DNA of 64,000 nucleotides from Trichinella spiralis (taxonomy: Eukaryota), in contig NW_003526941.1 in the NCBI RefSeq assembly GCF_000181795.1, positions 11,148,161 through 11,212,160 of the forward strand, written 5' to 3'. Under the pieces are notes generated by a model. It did no database searches and was not told where the DNA came from. It saw only the letters and a list, made by a program, of their open reading frames with translations. Numbering within the stretch: position 1 is the stretch's first letter; each line of letters begins with the position of its first letter. The position numbers and the translations under genes were made by a program. This document shows positions 52,577-64,000 of the stretch, piece by piece.

Positions 52577-52994
52577 CTGAGAAGTAATTTTCTGATTTTC
52601 AAGAATTATTCAAAATCATGCATTCATATTTTAAAGCATTATTTAAAAAATATTCATAAATTAACAAAATCATTGTTAAATTGAATTCAGTTCACACAAA
52701 TGTAGTTATCTTATGAAAACATACTGTAACAAATGCTACTTTATTTTCTTTACAAACTAAAAGCGTTTTTTACGTAAATTTAAGTTTAAAAATGTTTATT
52801 ATTATTTATAAAAATATTCCTTTTAATTTATTGGACACGTAGTTTTCAATTGATGATTTTATTTTGAAAAATTAATTGAGCATAGGTTATTACATTTTAC
52901 TTTACGCTTCATGAAATCATATTTCAGTATTAGCTAAATTATTGCTTAATATTTATAAATTTATGTAATAATTATTAAATAAATTTTTAGCTTA

Positions 52995-54019
52995 ATGGTG
53001 TTAATAACGAGATTGATCGCCAGTTCTGTTTATAAGTGGAGAGCAGATCATTCTTATGCAACACTTATTAAAACAGATGCACTTGGTGAAGCTTCGAAAG
53101 CGCAGACTTTGAACTACAAATGGAAAATTATGGTTTCACTTTGCATAGAACGTTTTCCAGTGATCACCCGTGGTTTGAATTCTATTGAAAAACAGTACAA
53201 AGATCTCATGGATCGTATAGAATTTGAAAACAGCTTATATAGTCAACACGAACTTAGGCTTCTCGAAGACGAGTATTTCAAATTTTTATTTATACTGAAA
53301 AAAAAGGAATATTTTTAGAAAGCGATTAGCTTTGAAGAAAACAGGAGAAATACACGATCACGACAGCGTAATGACAGCTGCGGATTTTGAAGATGCATGC
53401 GCACAGAAATTAGAAGAATTTAATCAGAAATACAATAAAAAAGGTTTTAAAGTTTAGCTGAAACTTCAAAATGGAATTTTTAATTGAAAAGTTTTAGCTG
53501 ACGATGACAGGACAAATACTCATTCACTATGGCGTAATTTAGACCGAAAACTATTGCTGGTTGTCAATCATGCAGAGAAAAAGCATTGGTTATTGCCAGA
53601 AATACCAGTTGAAAATGGCGAAACATTGCACGATGTAATTCTTTTCAAAAACCTTTGTTTACGTTTTTTCAGCTGTATTTTTTGTCTACAGGCAAGTGTG
53701 AGGCTTTTAACTTCAATTGTTGAGCCGAACAACGCAATGCCATACGCTTACGCACCAGTTGGATTTTTCAAATTTAAATATCCGAAACCTGTTGCAACAA
53801 AATATCATGCTATAGGGGAAAAGGTAATTATACTTCTGTGAAAATATTTTATTCAGATGCATATTTTAGATCTTTTTCTTTAAATGCCATTTAAAATCAA
53901 AGTACCCGGAAGAAATCGTACCGAAAGTAGAAAACTACAGATGGCTAAATCATGACGAGTTGGTCAGCATATTTCCACCGAAATATTACAAATCAGTAAA
54001 AAAATTTCTTATTGAATAA
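52995..54019 (+). CDS. MRPL46: Mitochondrial large ribosomal subunit protein mL46, 5 exons
   Basis: The spliced product contains WKIMVSLCIERFPVIT..IEFENSLYSQHELR, DDDRTNTHSLWRNLDRKLLLVV, WLLP....GETL, APVGFFKFKYP, KIFFFK and YRWLNHDEL....PPKYYKSVKKFL, all typical of mL46. Stop TAA at 54017-54019. Confidence 0.9.
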
Positions 54020-54105
54020 ATGTTTCATGATCCGAAATTCATAAAATTGTTCATTCGTTATCATTTTACATGAAATTTTGTCAAAGTGATTATCGAATCA
54101 TCACA

Positions 54106-54682
54106 CTATTCATCTTTTCTCCAATTTTTGAATGTCAGCTCTAAATCAAGTTATTGTGAGTGTGAATTAATAAAAAAAATGGACAAAAATTACCCAACAA
54201 TTTCACGTAAGAATCTAACTTGTAAGCAATTTCCTCCAACTCACAAGTTCTTTTGTGTATTTCCTGTATCTTCTCCAAATGTGGTCGTATGGAAGTCACT
54301 AAAATTCAAAGATCAGTACATAGTTTCAAAATAAAGTACTAAAATAAGGAAATGGAATGTCAGACTTTGAGCATTGTACGTCTCAAGAGAACATTTTACT
54401 TTTTCTGTAACATGTCCCATTTCTTTATATTTCTGAGCAATTGCCAAATTCATATTTTCTAGTAAATTATATTCCTCCATTGTACCTGAAAAATTAGTCA
54501 AACAGAAAATATATTTGATAAAAAAATATCAAACCTTGCAAATGTTCAATAGCATATTTTGATAATTTATCCACTAAATCATAACTTAAATACTCTAACT
54601 GCGCATCATTCTCAGTAGATGTTTCGCTGTTCAAAGATTTCAGACGATTCTTAGATGTGGAGCTTTCGCCCTTTTCAGCCAT
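54106..54682 (-). CDS. BLOC1S2: Biogenesis of lysosome-related organelles complex 1 subunit 2 (BLOS2), 4 exons, 135 aa
   Basis: Exons 54535-54682, 54366-54485, 54194-54298 and 54106-54140 are in frame. TMEEYNLLENMN.....KYKEM and IRPHLEKIQEI......LEEIAYKLDSYVKLLE match BLOS2 family motifs. Confidence 0.88.
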
Positions 54683-55033
54683 AAATTCAGATACTTAATC
54701 TAGTTTTCTAAATGAAATTACGGTATTTGATATAAAGTAAGAACAAAATACTTTTATACGTCAAAAACAGTAGTTATCATCAGTACTACTTTACAAATCT
54801 AAATAATTCTTTTTGATACTTTTGAAAAATGTTATACGTATAAATATATTTGCTTTTATTTTGAAAATACTCTAAAAGTTTTTATTACTACTCTGAAAAT
54901 TTTTAGATTATTTAAAAATTTAATTAGAATTGCTAAAAATAATTTTTTAAGTTATTTTTTTCAACAATAACTAATAATATATAGTACAGAAAGAAAAGTA
55001 GTACTTGAAATTCATTTTTGTATATTGTCATGA

Positions 55034-55042
55034 GCGGGAAAA
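55034..55042. promoter_or_regulatory. E2F-type site GCGGGAAAA in the BLOC1S2/EXO1 divergent promoter
   Basis: Reverse complement is TTTTCCCGC, about 250 nt upstream of the EXO1 ATG. Confidence 0.45.
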
Positions 55043-55284
55043 TTGTAAGAAATGTTAAGGTGACTTGTAGAGCTGTTTTTTTGAAAAAATGTTTCCATTT
55101 TGATGCAATAGTTTTTATTTTAACAATTGTTGCAAATTATGTAAAGAATTACTGAGTTTTGAGTTATTTAACTTATTATATGCATTTTGACCTTAAATTA
55201 ACTTTCGATTACTCGCTGATCATCTGAAGATTGATAAGTTTTAAATAATTAACTCATCCGAATGATGAATTTTAGATTTCGGTT

Positions 55285-57602
55285 ATGGGAATTAAAACTC
55301 TCTTGCCTGTTGTTAAAGCTGCCTGTCGAGATGTTAATATTGAAGAATTTCGCGGTAAAACAGTTGCTGTCGATGCAAGTTGTTGGCTGCACCGAGCTTT
55401 GTTTGGCTGTGCATATCAACTCGCTACGGGAATCGAAACAGACAGGTAAATTTTTATTTGACTTTCTTTTATTTATCACTGTTTATTTATTTTTTAAAAA
55501 TTATTTAGTTATGTGAAGTTTTGCTGCAAATGGATAAAAGTTCTTCTTTCATATAATATACGTGTTATTATGGTTTTTGATGGGCGCAATGTTCCTGCGA
55601 AAAAGGACACGAACAATGCCAGAAAGGAGTAAAGCTAGTGCACTAAATGAAATGTGTTAAATTTTCAGTTTTATTTTTAATTTAAGGCGTCGTCAGTCTT
55701 TGAAAGAAAAAGGTCAAGCTTTGAGCAAGTCAGGCAAGCACCGCGAAGCTCGTCAGTGCTTTCAACAAGCAACTGAAATTACGTTCGACATGATTGTTAA
55801 TTTGATAAAAGTGGGTTATTGATTAATGTGAAGTTTTCTCATTCCTGATTTGTTTAGGCAATTAAAAGCATTCCCAATGTCGATTATTTGGTCGCTCCAT
55901 ATGAAGCTGACGCTCAATTAGCTTATTTAGCTCAAAATGGAATTGCTCACCTTGTTATTAGCGAAGATTCAGATTTGATACCGTTTGGATGCTCTAAGGT
56001 AATAATTAATCATTAGCGAATAATTTTTTTTTGAAATTCTTTAAACTGTTTATCTTGAAATACAGGTTTTGTTCAAAATGGATATGCTGGGCAATGGTGT
56101 ACTGTATGAAAAAGAAAAACTGCATTTAGCAATGAATGTTCCGGAGGAAAGTTTTTCTTTCCAAAACTTTCGTCGAAGTTGCATTCTTTCAGGTTGCGAC
56201 TACCTCGAAAATTTACCTGGAATAGGTATCAAAAAATCTATAAAATTTTTTCAAAAAGCATTTGATGTTGACATTCGAAAGGTATGTATGAAATTGTATA
56301 CTTGGTTTCATGAAAAGTGTACTTGGAAACTGTAGGCCTTACCGAAAATTCCAAGCTATTTGAATATGCCGAACTTGGAGGTGAATGAATCATATATTGA
56401 ACGATTTATTGAAGCAGAAAATGCATTCTTGTATCAATTGGTTTTTGATCCCCGAAAAAAACAGTTAGTTTCTCTAAACGCTTATCCAGTTGGCATGAAT
56501 GCTTCTGACTTTCCATATGCTGGATTGTAAGTGTTTGAAATGGAAAGACTCTATATTTACTGTATCATTGTTTAGGGTTTTTGAAAAACACGTGGCCATT
56601 CAAATTGCTAGAGGAATGATAAATCCACATACTTTGCAGCACGTGTCAGAAATTTCAGGTCTGGTTCCAAATAAGGTATATTGCTTTTAATATTTATCTG
56701 CATTGTTCGTATTCTTTTTTATATCTTTGACTTTTCCGATGCAGTAACTTATATATATGTTGTGCTATCTATCTATGCGTCTTATGAATTTATTTTGTTT
56801 GAAAATATTTTCGATATCTTGGGTTTTCATAAGTTTGTTTTGTACTTATAGAAGTCGCCGAAAAATATCAAATCGACACCAGTTGAATATGCATTTTCGT
56901 TTTCCGTACCTGAAGCATCAGTCTCAATGAAAGGTATTACATAAGAGTGATATTGTAGTTTTGTTTTTTAAAGGTAAACTGATTGTAATGCCTGATTTAG
57001 ATATCAAAGTGGAAGCAAATGCTGAACAGCTGGAAGAAACAGCAGAAATCCAGGATGTCTATGAAACTTATGCTGTGTCGCCTGAAGATGGTTATTTATT
57101 TGAAAAACAGTCGAGCAACAACGAAGAAAGCACACTTGAACAATGGAATTATCGTCGCGATGATGAGAAGTCAGTTTTACGCTCATCGTACTTTTTAAAT
57201 GCTGAGCATAAAAAAGAAATGTCGTCACCATCTGAAGCATTCAATCCATGCAAAGTATACCAAACCAGAAGCGTGTGCAAAATTATGGAAAATATCGAAC
57301 TGGCAGAGGGGAGAACTTCAAAATCTTTTAATCCGTTTAAAGTTGCTGATGTTAGTGATTTGCCACAAGAAGACTCTTCAAGTGAAGAAGTTGTATGCAC
57401 TGAGCAGCAGGATGCACAAGCGACTTTGGGGAAAAGAAAATTACAAACGAAGTCAGAATTATTTCAGCCGTTGAAAAAAACAACTGCGAAAAAAATGCGA
57501 GGTAAAAATTCGAAGAAAAATAGTCCTACATCACCATGTCCAGCGAAGAAGACCCTTTTTCAGTATTTTTCAAATCAACCGGCCCAGAGTGCCTTGTCGT
57601 AA
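55285..57602 (+). CDS. EXO1: Exonuclease 1 (XPG/Rad2 family), multi-exon
   Basis: Starts MGIKTLLP (ATG at 55285). Motifs: [57 protein letters not shown] (H3TH) and [10 protein letters not shown] long low-complexity last exon ends at 57602. Confidence 0.95.
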
Positions 57603-57815
57603 GACCGTTTGTTTTTTTTAATACTAAATACCATATAAAATTTGTTATGATGAGAAATAAAATTTTTAATTATATAAATTCTTATTTATTCATTACTTTG
57701 TTATCACTTAAAAAGAACAGCAATTTTATCTGACTTGCTTGAAATTATACTGTAATATTAAGACAAACAACTTTATAATCAGTATTACTGTGTTTTATGC
57801 CTTAATATTTTGATA

Positions 57816-60800
57816 ATGCTCAGAAGAGGAATTTTAGCATATTCAAGAAATGTTTGTCGAGATTTTTTGCCTCTCAGTTGTATCTCTGATATTTCAATAT
57901 CATACAGATATGATAGAAATTTGCATACCACTTTGCCAAAGTTGAAACGAATTCACAAACAGCGAGATCCAATACAATTTAACAAGAAGTCGGTGAAGCC
58001 TCAAGCTAAGGTTTGGCAAAGCATGAGCATAAATGACTTGGCGAAAGTGCTGGAGTGTGATGTGGATGATATTTTTGAATGTATCATGACAACAAAATAC
58101 GCGGATATGTTTGAAAATGTGTCCGATAAAATTGAAGATTTAAATTTAATCGTGCACATAGCTCGTCAGTTTGGTTATAGGTGTGATGTTGTTGGAAAGC
58201 CAAGCTCGAAAATTAATTTTTCAACTTTAATTAAAAGTTCGAATACAGATGAGGAACTTGATGCGTCACCGTTGCCGTTACCTCCATTAGAACAGTGTAA
58301 ACCTCGCCCCCCAGTGGTGACCATTATGGGGCATGTTGATCATGGCAAAACAACTCTGCTCGATTCATTGAGACATTCTCACATAGTGGATGAAGAATTT
58401 GGTGCCATCACCCAGCATATTGGTGCTTTTTCAGGTAAAATTTATTGAATAATTTTTGTGAAATGTATGTATGTATATACATTTCTTTTGAATATTTAAA
58501 GTGAAATTACAAAATGACCGCGTGATCACTTTTTTGGATACACCCGGTCATGCGGTTTTCAAAAAAATGCGATTTCGTGGTGCCCAAGTCACCGACATGG
58601 TCATCCTTGTGGTTGCCGCTGACGATGGGGTAATGGAACAAACTGTTGAAAGCATTCGCATGTCACAAGAATCTCACGGTGAAATGATAATTTTATTTTG
58701 CATGTTTATTATTATTATTATTATAAATTTGAATTATTATTTGATATTTTCAGTGCCTATTGTTGTAGCTGTCAATAAATGTGACAAGTTTGGAGTTGAT
58801 TTGGTATGAAAATATATTTGTTTGTTTTGTTTTGTTTTGTTTTTCCTTAAGTGTATTTCACTTCAGGACCGTGTGAAGCGACAACTCTTAGAATACGATG
58901 TTGTCGGTGAACAGTATGGCGGAGATGTTCAAATAATTCCAATCTCAGCTTTGAAGGTGACTGTATAAACAATTATTCAATATTTTATATTCACATTTGT
59001 ATACTTTTTTCCATTTTATTTTGAAATTTTCAAAGCTTAACATTAAGTAGTATATTTTTAAATTAATAAGTGTATTTTTTTAAATTAGTTCAATCTTGAC
59101 TTAATTCATATTAAGATTAATAAATAAAATTTTAAAGGGCACAAATCTGGACTTGTTGTGTGAAGCAGTCCTGACACAAGCGGATCTCATGGAACTTGTT
59201 GCCGATTACGAAGGGCCAGTCGAGGGTGTGGTATTAGAGTCGAAAACTGCCCATGGACAGGGGTAGGAATTGAAATAAAACACTTTAATTAATTAATTTA
59301 ATTCATTATGAATTTTGGATTGGTTTTTTCTTAGGAAAGTTTGTTTCGCTTTGGTAAAACGGGGCTGTTTACGCAAGGGCGTGGTTTTAGTTGCCGGAAG
59401 TTGTTGGTGTAAAGTGCGTTCGTTGTTCGACGAAAATAAAGTTGAACTGAAAATGGCCACGCCATCTTTTCCCGTTGAAATCACAGGCTGGAAAGGGGAT
59501 GAAATTCCTTCGGCTGGAGAAGAAATTTTGCAAGTAGAAAATGAGGTGAGCTTTTCTTTTTTTTTTTAAATTATTCGGCTACGATCTGTTAATTTGTAGC
59601 GAAGAGCGAGACAAGTAACTAATTTGCGTAAAAAGAAGCAACTGATCAACAAAGCACTCGATGAAAAAGTGAGCTGGTTTGTAAATATGGAATAATTGAT
59701 CAATTATGAATATTGTTAATTTTTTTATAGAATATTATTGATCAGCGTCGAACAGAAGAGCGTTTGGAATATTTGAAGATCAGGGAGCGCAAACTTCAAT
59801 CCGGCTATATTAGGTATGATCCGCAGGCGGATTACCGTCGAAAAAAGGAAGTAATTTCTTCATCTGACGGTCCAATTTTGCCATTTGTATTGAAAGGTAA
59901 ATAGCAACTTTTTATCCTAATTGTAAGCTCTAAACAGTTGTGATAATAAGTTTTTTGGTATACTGTAAAGGTATGATGATAATTGATTTTCAAGATGATT
60001 TTTAAAAAATTGCGATAATTCTATTGATGACATTATTTGAATTTTATGAAATATATTTTAAATTTCTTCTAAAAATGAAACAATGGCAGTAATATTTACA
60101 TATTTAGCCGATGTTGATGGTTCTCTTGAAGCAATATTGGACGTCTATGGAACTTACAATTCAACCAAATGTAATTTTGATCTTGTACATTTTGGAATTG
60201 GTGATGTAACAGAGAATGATTTGGAAATTGCCGACACTTTTAAAGGTAATTTCATTTATTATTGAATCTGTTAGCAGCGGTCGCTTTTGCAGCAATTGTA
60301 TTTTGCTTCAACGTATCCATTGGGCAGAAGGAAAAAGCACTGGCCGATAGCAAAGCCATACAATTACGGAAACACAATGTGATATACAGTTTGATAGACG
60401 ATTTTAAAAAAGAGCTTAACTCCAGACTTCCTCCTGTAAGCAAAGAAGTTATCATTGGTAAGTGCATTTTTTTGGGTTATATGAATGTTAAACAGTAATA
60501 ATAAGAATAATAACATTGTTCGAATAGGAGAAGGAACTGTAATTAAAGAATTTATGGTGAGTGACACTGGTCGAAAGAAAGTTCCTGTAGCTGGTTGCTC
60601 TGTGAAGAAAGGTGTTTTAACAAAAAACGACCGTATTCGTTTCATTCGAAATGGTGAAGTAATTTATGACGGTAAATGTTGGTTTTATTGTTGTTGATGT
60701 TGTTTTAATTGCATTATTAAAATTTTTTTTTCAAGGATCTGTAATTTCAATGAGAAGAGAAAAAGATTTGGTCAGTTCAAGCCAAGTTGGTCAAGAAGTT

Positions 60801-60911
60801 GGGATCAAAATTGAAAACAGGGATGTTCGTTTCAACGAAGATGATCAAGTCATTTGTTACAAGCTTGTTGAAGAGCAACAGTACATTGATTGGTCACCGA
60901 CTGGATTTTAA
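57816..60911 (+). CDS. MTIF2: Mitochondrial translation initiation factor IF-2, multi-exon
   Basis: Basic N-terminal presequence-like region, then [85 protein letters not shown] and VAGCSV, ending IDWSPTGF*. Confidence 0.96.
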
Positions 60912-63900
60912 TTATCCCTTACAAAAGAAATTTAATTTCACAATTTTTTGTCCAAATTAAAATGTCAACATTTTGAAAGCACTTGTGATTTTACTTTTTG
61001 AATACGTTGAAAACGTATAAAAAATTATACATGTTTCTATTTTATCAAGTTTATACAAGGCTTTGTTTGTAATTTATATGAATTTTAACTGCAGATGGAA
61101 AGGTTCGGTGGATCAAATTTGGTATTGCAATTTTACTTTGAAAAAAAAATTCGTCATCTAACTGAAAGCTGTAAGTGTTCTATTAATTCAATTTCTGTAT
61201 GAAATTTGTTTAATTCATCATTTCAATTTTTTAATCATCATTCATAGAATGAGATTAAGTAAAGAACAATTTTATGAATTGAAAAAGAAAACTTGAAAAT
61301 TGCATTTGATAAATTTGTTATCAATTCGACTCTTTATTGTCATTATTGATGACAAATTTGCGAAATTTATGTATTTTTATTATTAATTTATTAATTAATT
61401 TATTATTATGATGGTAATTTTTTTGAGTAATTTTTGAAATGTTTACTTGCTTCAAATTGAGAGATCAATAATAATAATATGATAAGTAATAAAATGAAAA
61501 AGAAATGTAGTCAGATTGTTAATTTAATAATTTCAGAGTTAGTGTTATGAATGTTATCAGCTTTTAATTTAATTTACCATAGCAATGTAACATTATTGTT
61601 TTGGGTTGTAAAGTTTTTAAAGGATTTTTTCTCTTTAATTTCATAGTTTTTTTTCAGTTTTTACTTTCTTGTTAGATTTTATATTGTATTTTTTCCTTGA
61701 TCAAATATGAAAAATGCAATAATGTTTTATGGACAAAGTAATAAGTTGGTCATTGATGGTGTATAAAATATTTACATGTATATATGTATATGTAAGTAAT
61801 ATTTGTTAATTAGTAGTTTTCAAAAGAAAACCGACCGATAAGATTAATATTTAATTCAACGATGCAACCCTAGATTACAATGCATAATTGGGCACAGGGA
61901 TTTACCTGTTTTTGCGCATTAAGTATAGTATGTCGAATTGTAAGTCGATTTTTCTTTAATAAATAATTTATTTGATATAAAGATATGTTGTTTGTATGAT
62001 TTTTTTTCTTTTTTTTCTTTTATTTATTATTAAAAATTGAGAGAAGCAGGAATTGCTAAATTTATAGATCATAAAGAAATTGAATGGCTGAGGAAAAAAA
62101 GTAATTAGGGAAAAAGCCATGCATCACGTGATTGCTTCATTTTTTACATGCTTCATTAAAATAGAAAATTGTTATTATTATTGCTTATTTATTTTATAGT
62201 TTTTCTTTTTTTCTGAAAGTTCTTGATGAAAAAATGGAACTTTTCATTGGGGGCTTGTTTTTATTGGCTTATTTTATGTTTGTTAGCTCAGTTGACGCAT
62301 CAGAACAAGAATACATTAGTTGAAATTTTTTCCACGTATATACGCGTATATTGGCAGATGTGGGAATTGCTGTTATCTATATATACAGTTTTTACGTCAT
62401 TTTATATTTCCTTAATAATTTATTGCTTTAGCTATAGTGTTCGGTAAATGATTTTCAAGGAAAATTAAATGTTCATCCGAATGAAAAAATACGTGAACAT
62501 TTGGCGGGCAACTTAAGTGTAGTTGAATTTTTTCTCAAATAATAGCCGACTGCTGTGCTTGAAATTGTTTTCTCAGAAACTCAAATGATAATAATTCATG
62601 GCATGCATAGTTTTTTTTCTATTTTTTTATTTTTGAAAAATATAAGCATACATATTGGACATTTGTCTAAAGAAATTGGTGCTTTATGATGTTGTTAGCT
62701 TGTCAGATGTTCACTTTTGAATATTGCTTTGCAGTTTGCATTGACAACGATGGAATTTCGCTTATTTCAAGCAGTTCTTCTGTCAGTGTTTGTCAGTTTA
62801 GAATCAAAGCTTTCAACAATCAAAAATTTGTTTTTTTTGAATATTATCAAATTAGATTTTAATAATATTTGGCATTTATGCTGCATAAATAACGAAATGA
62901 AGAATTCCATATCTCCGGATGATTATTTTTCATATCAGTTTAAATCTGATTGATAAAATAGATGATATATTTTACATTTTAAATGTATATTTATTTATGT
63001 AGAAGTGTGCGTGGAGAGTTGAAATTACATCAGATTAAATGTAATGCAGTTTTTTTGTGCATAATTATTTTTTCAGTTTTCGACTGTGTATAGGAAAAAG
63101 CAACAAAATTTTATTATCATATTTTGTTTCTTAAATTTTTTGCTAAGCAACCTGCTCGATGATGTGAGTTGGTTGAATTTCGAAACTTTTGTTTGCATCT
63201 CTGGCAGTGGTGGAAATAATTGAATTATTGTTGACCACCTGATGAATAGGAATCCATATGAACGTCAGCAATGTTGAATGAACAGGAAATTATTGAAATG
63301 AACAACAGTGCTGTTGAAAGGGAGGGGAAAAGGATTTCTTAACTTGGAGCCAAGCTTGCATACTTTTTAAAAATGACTTTTTCAAGCAAGTAATTTTTCT
63401 TTCCAAAGCTCAGGTTTCACAATATTCTTCGAATATATATACATATATGTATATGAAACCTTGCTGTTGAAGAACGTTCGCGCGTTTCTAGTAATGAAAT
63501 AGTGAAGTTTGAAAAATCGAATATTTAGCGACATATCTTCATAAATATGCATTATTTTTTGTTTTTTATTAAAATTAATTTTAAATTTTAATCAAGTTCA
63601 AGACATTTTAAAGAAAATAAATGTTTTGGATCGTTTGTTTGTTATATATATTATATATCCATATGTGTTGCACATGTATCGCAACTTTGAGACACATGTT
63701 GGAACACGAATGAAGTAGGTTCATTAAAATTAAATACAATTTTGAAAAAAAGGTAGATTTTTTTTTCTTCTCAAATGATTGCCTAGATTTCTATTTCAAT
63801 GCATGTGTTAGGGATAGGGGGGGGGTTTTATGAGGCAAAATCGAAAGTTTGAAATTGACCATAGCTGTTTTGCTATTACAATTTTGCGTCAGTTTTGCAT

Positions 63901-64000
63901 TTACCACTTGTCAGTCAATAGTTACGTTGTTGTCGTGGTGTAATTGTAATTGTAATTATTATTATTATTATTATTATTATTACCTGCAATGGATCATTTT

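Noticed and set aside
1..64000. CRISPR arrays, rRNA, spliceosomal snRNA or SL RNA genes, and prokaryotic-type systems
   Set aside because: No repeat-spacer arrays or recognisable conserved RNA sequences were seen by eye, and the DNA is spliceosomal-intron eukaryotic. Divergent SL RNAs or snoRNAs could be missed without a covariance-model search.

Overview
AT-rich, intron-containing eukaryotic DNA from a nematode. The evidence is a near-complete orthologue of the nematode-specific G-alpha gpa-7 and short (about 45-90 nt) introns. Overall style suggests a clade I worm such as Trichinella, which is an inference and not proven. The left 38 kb is gene-poor: a decayed piggyBac transposase, an 8-exon gpa-7 gene (minus), a 21 kb divergent intergenic region, and an intronless BTG/Tob gene. 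The right part is gene-dense: NAA60-like acetyltransferase, GDP-mannose 4,6-dehydratase, a secreted Kazal inhibitor, tRNA-Asp plus a collapsed tRNA-Asp relic, a KCTD1/15-like BTB gene, POLE2, MRPL46, BLOC1S2, EXO1 and mitochondrial IF2. Gene models were spliced by hand from GT-AG sites, and most short ORFs in the track are spurious. The best leads are: (1) a cluster of AP-2-type sites, including a dyad, upstream of a KCTD1/15-like gene that lacks its C-terminal domain; (2) apparently ancestral exon sizes in gpa-7 and gmd; (3) a CCAAT/E-box/CCAAT dyad in the BTG/Tob promoter; (4) a Kazal inhibitor with Asp at P1; (5) a 33-nt tRNA-Asp relic; (6) a candidate EXO1-MTIF2 operon. No wholly new multi-gene system could be demonstrated from the sequence alone.
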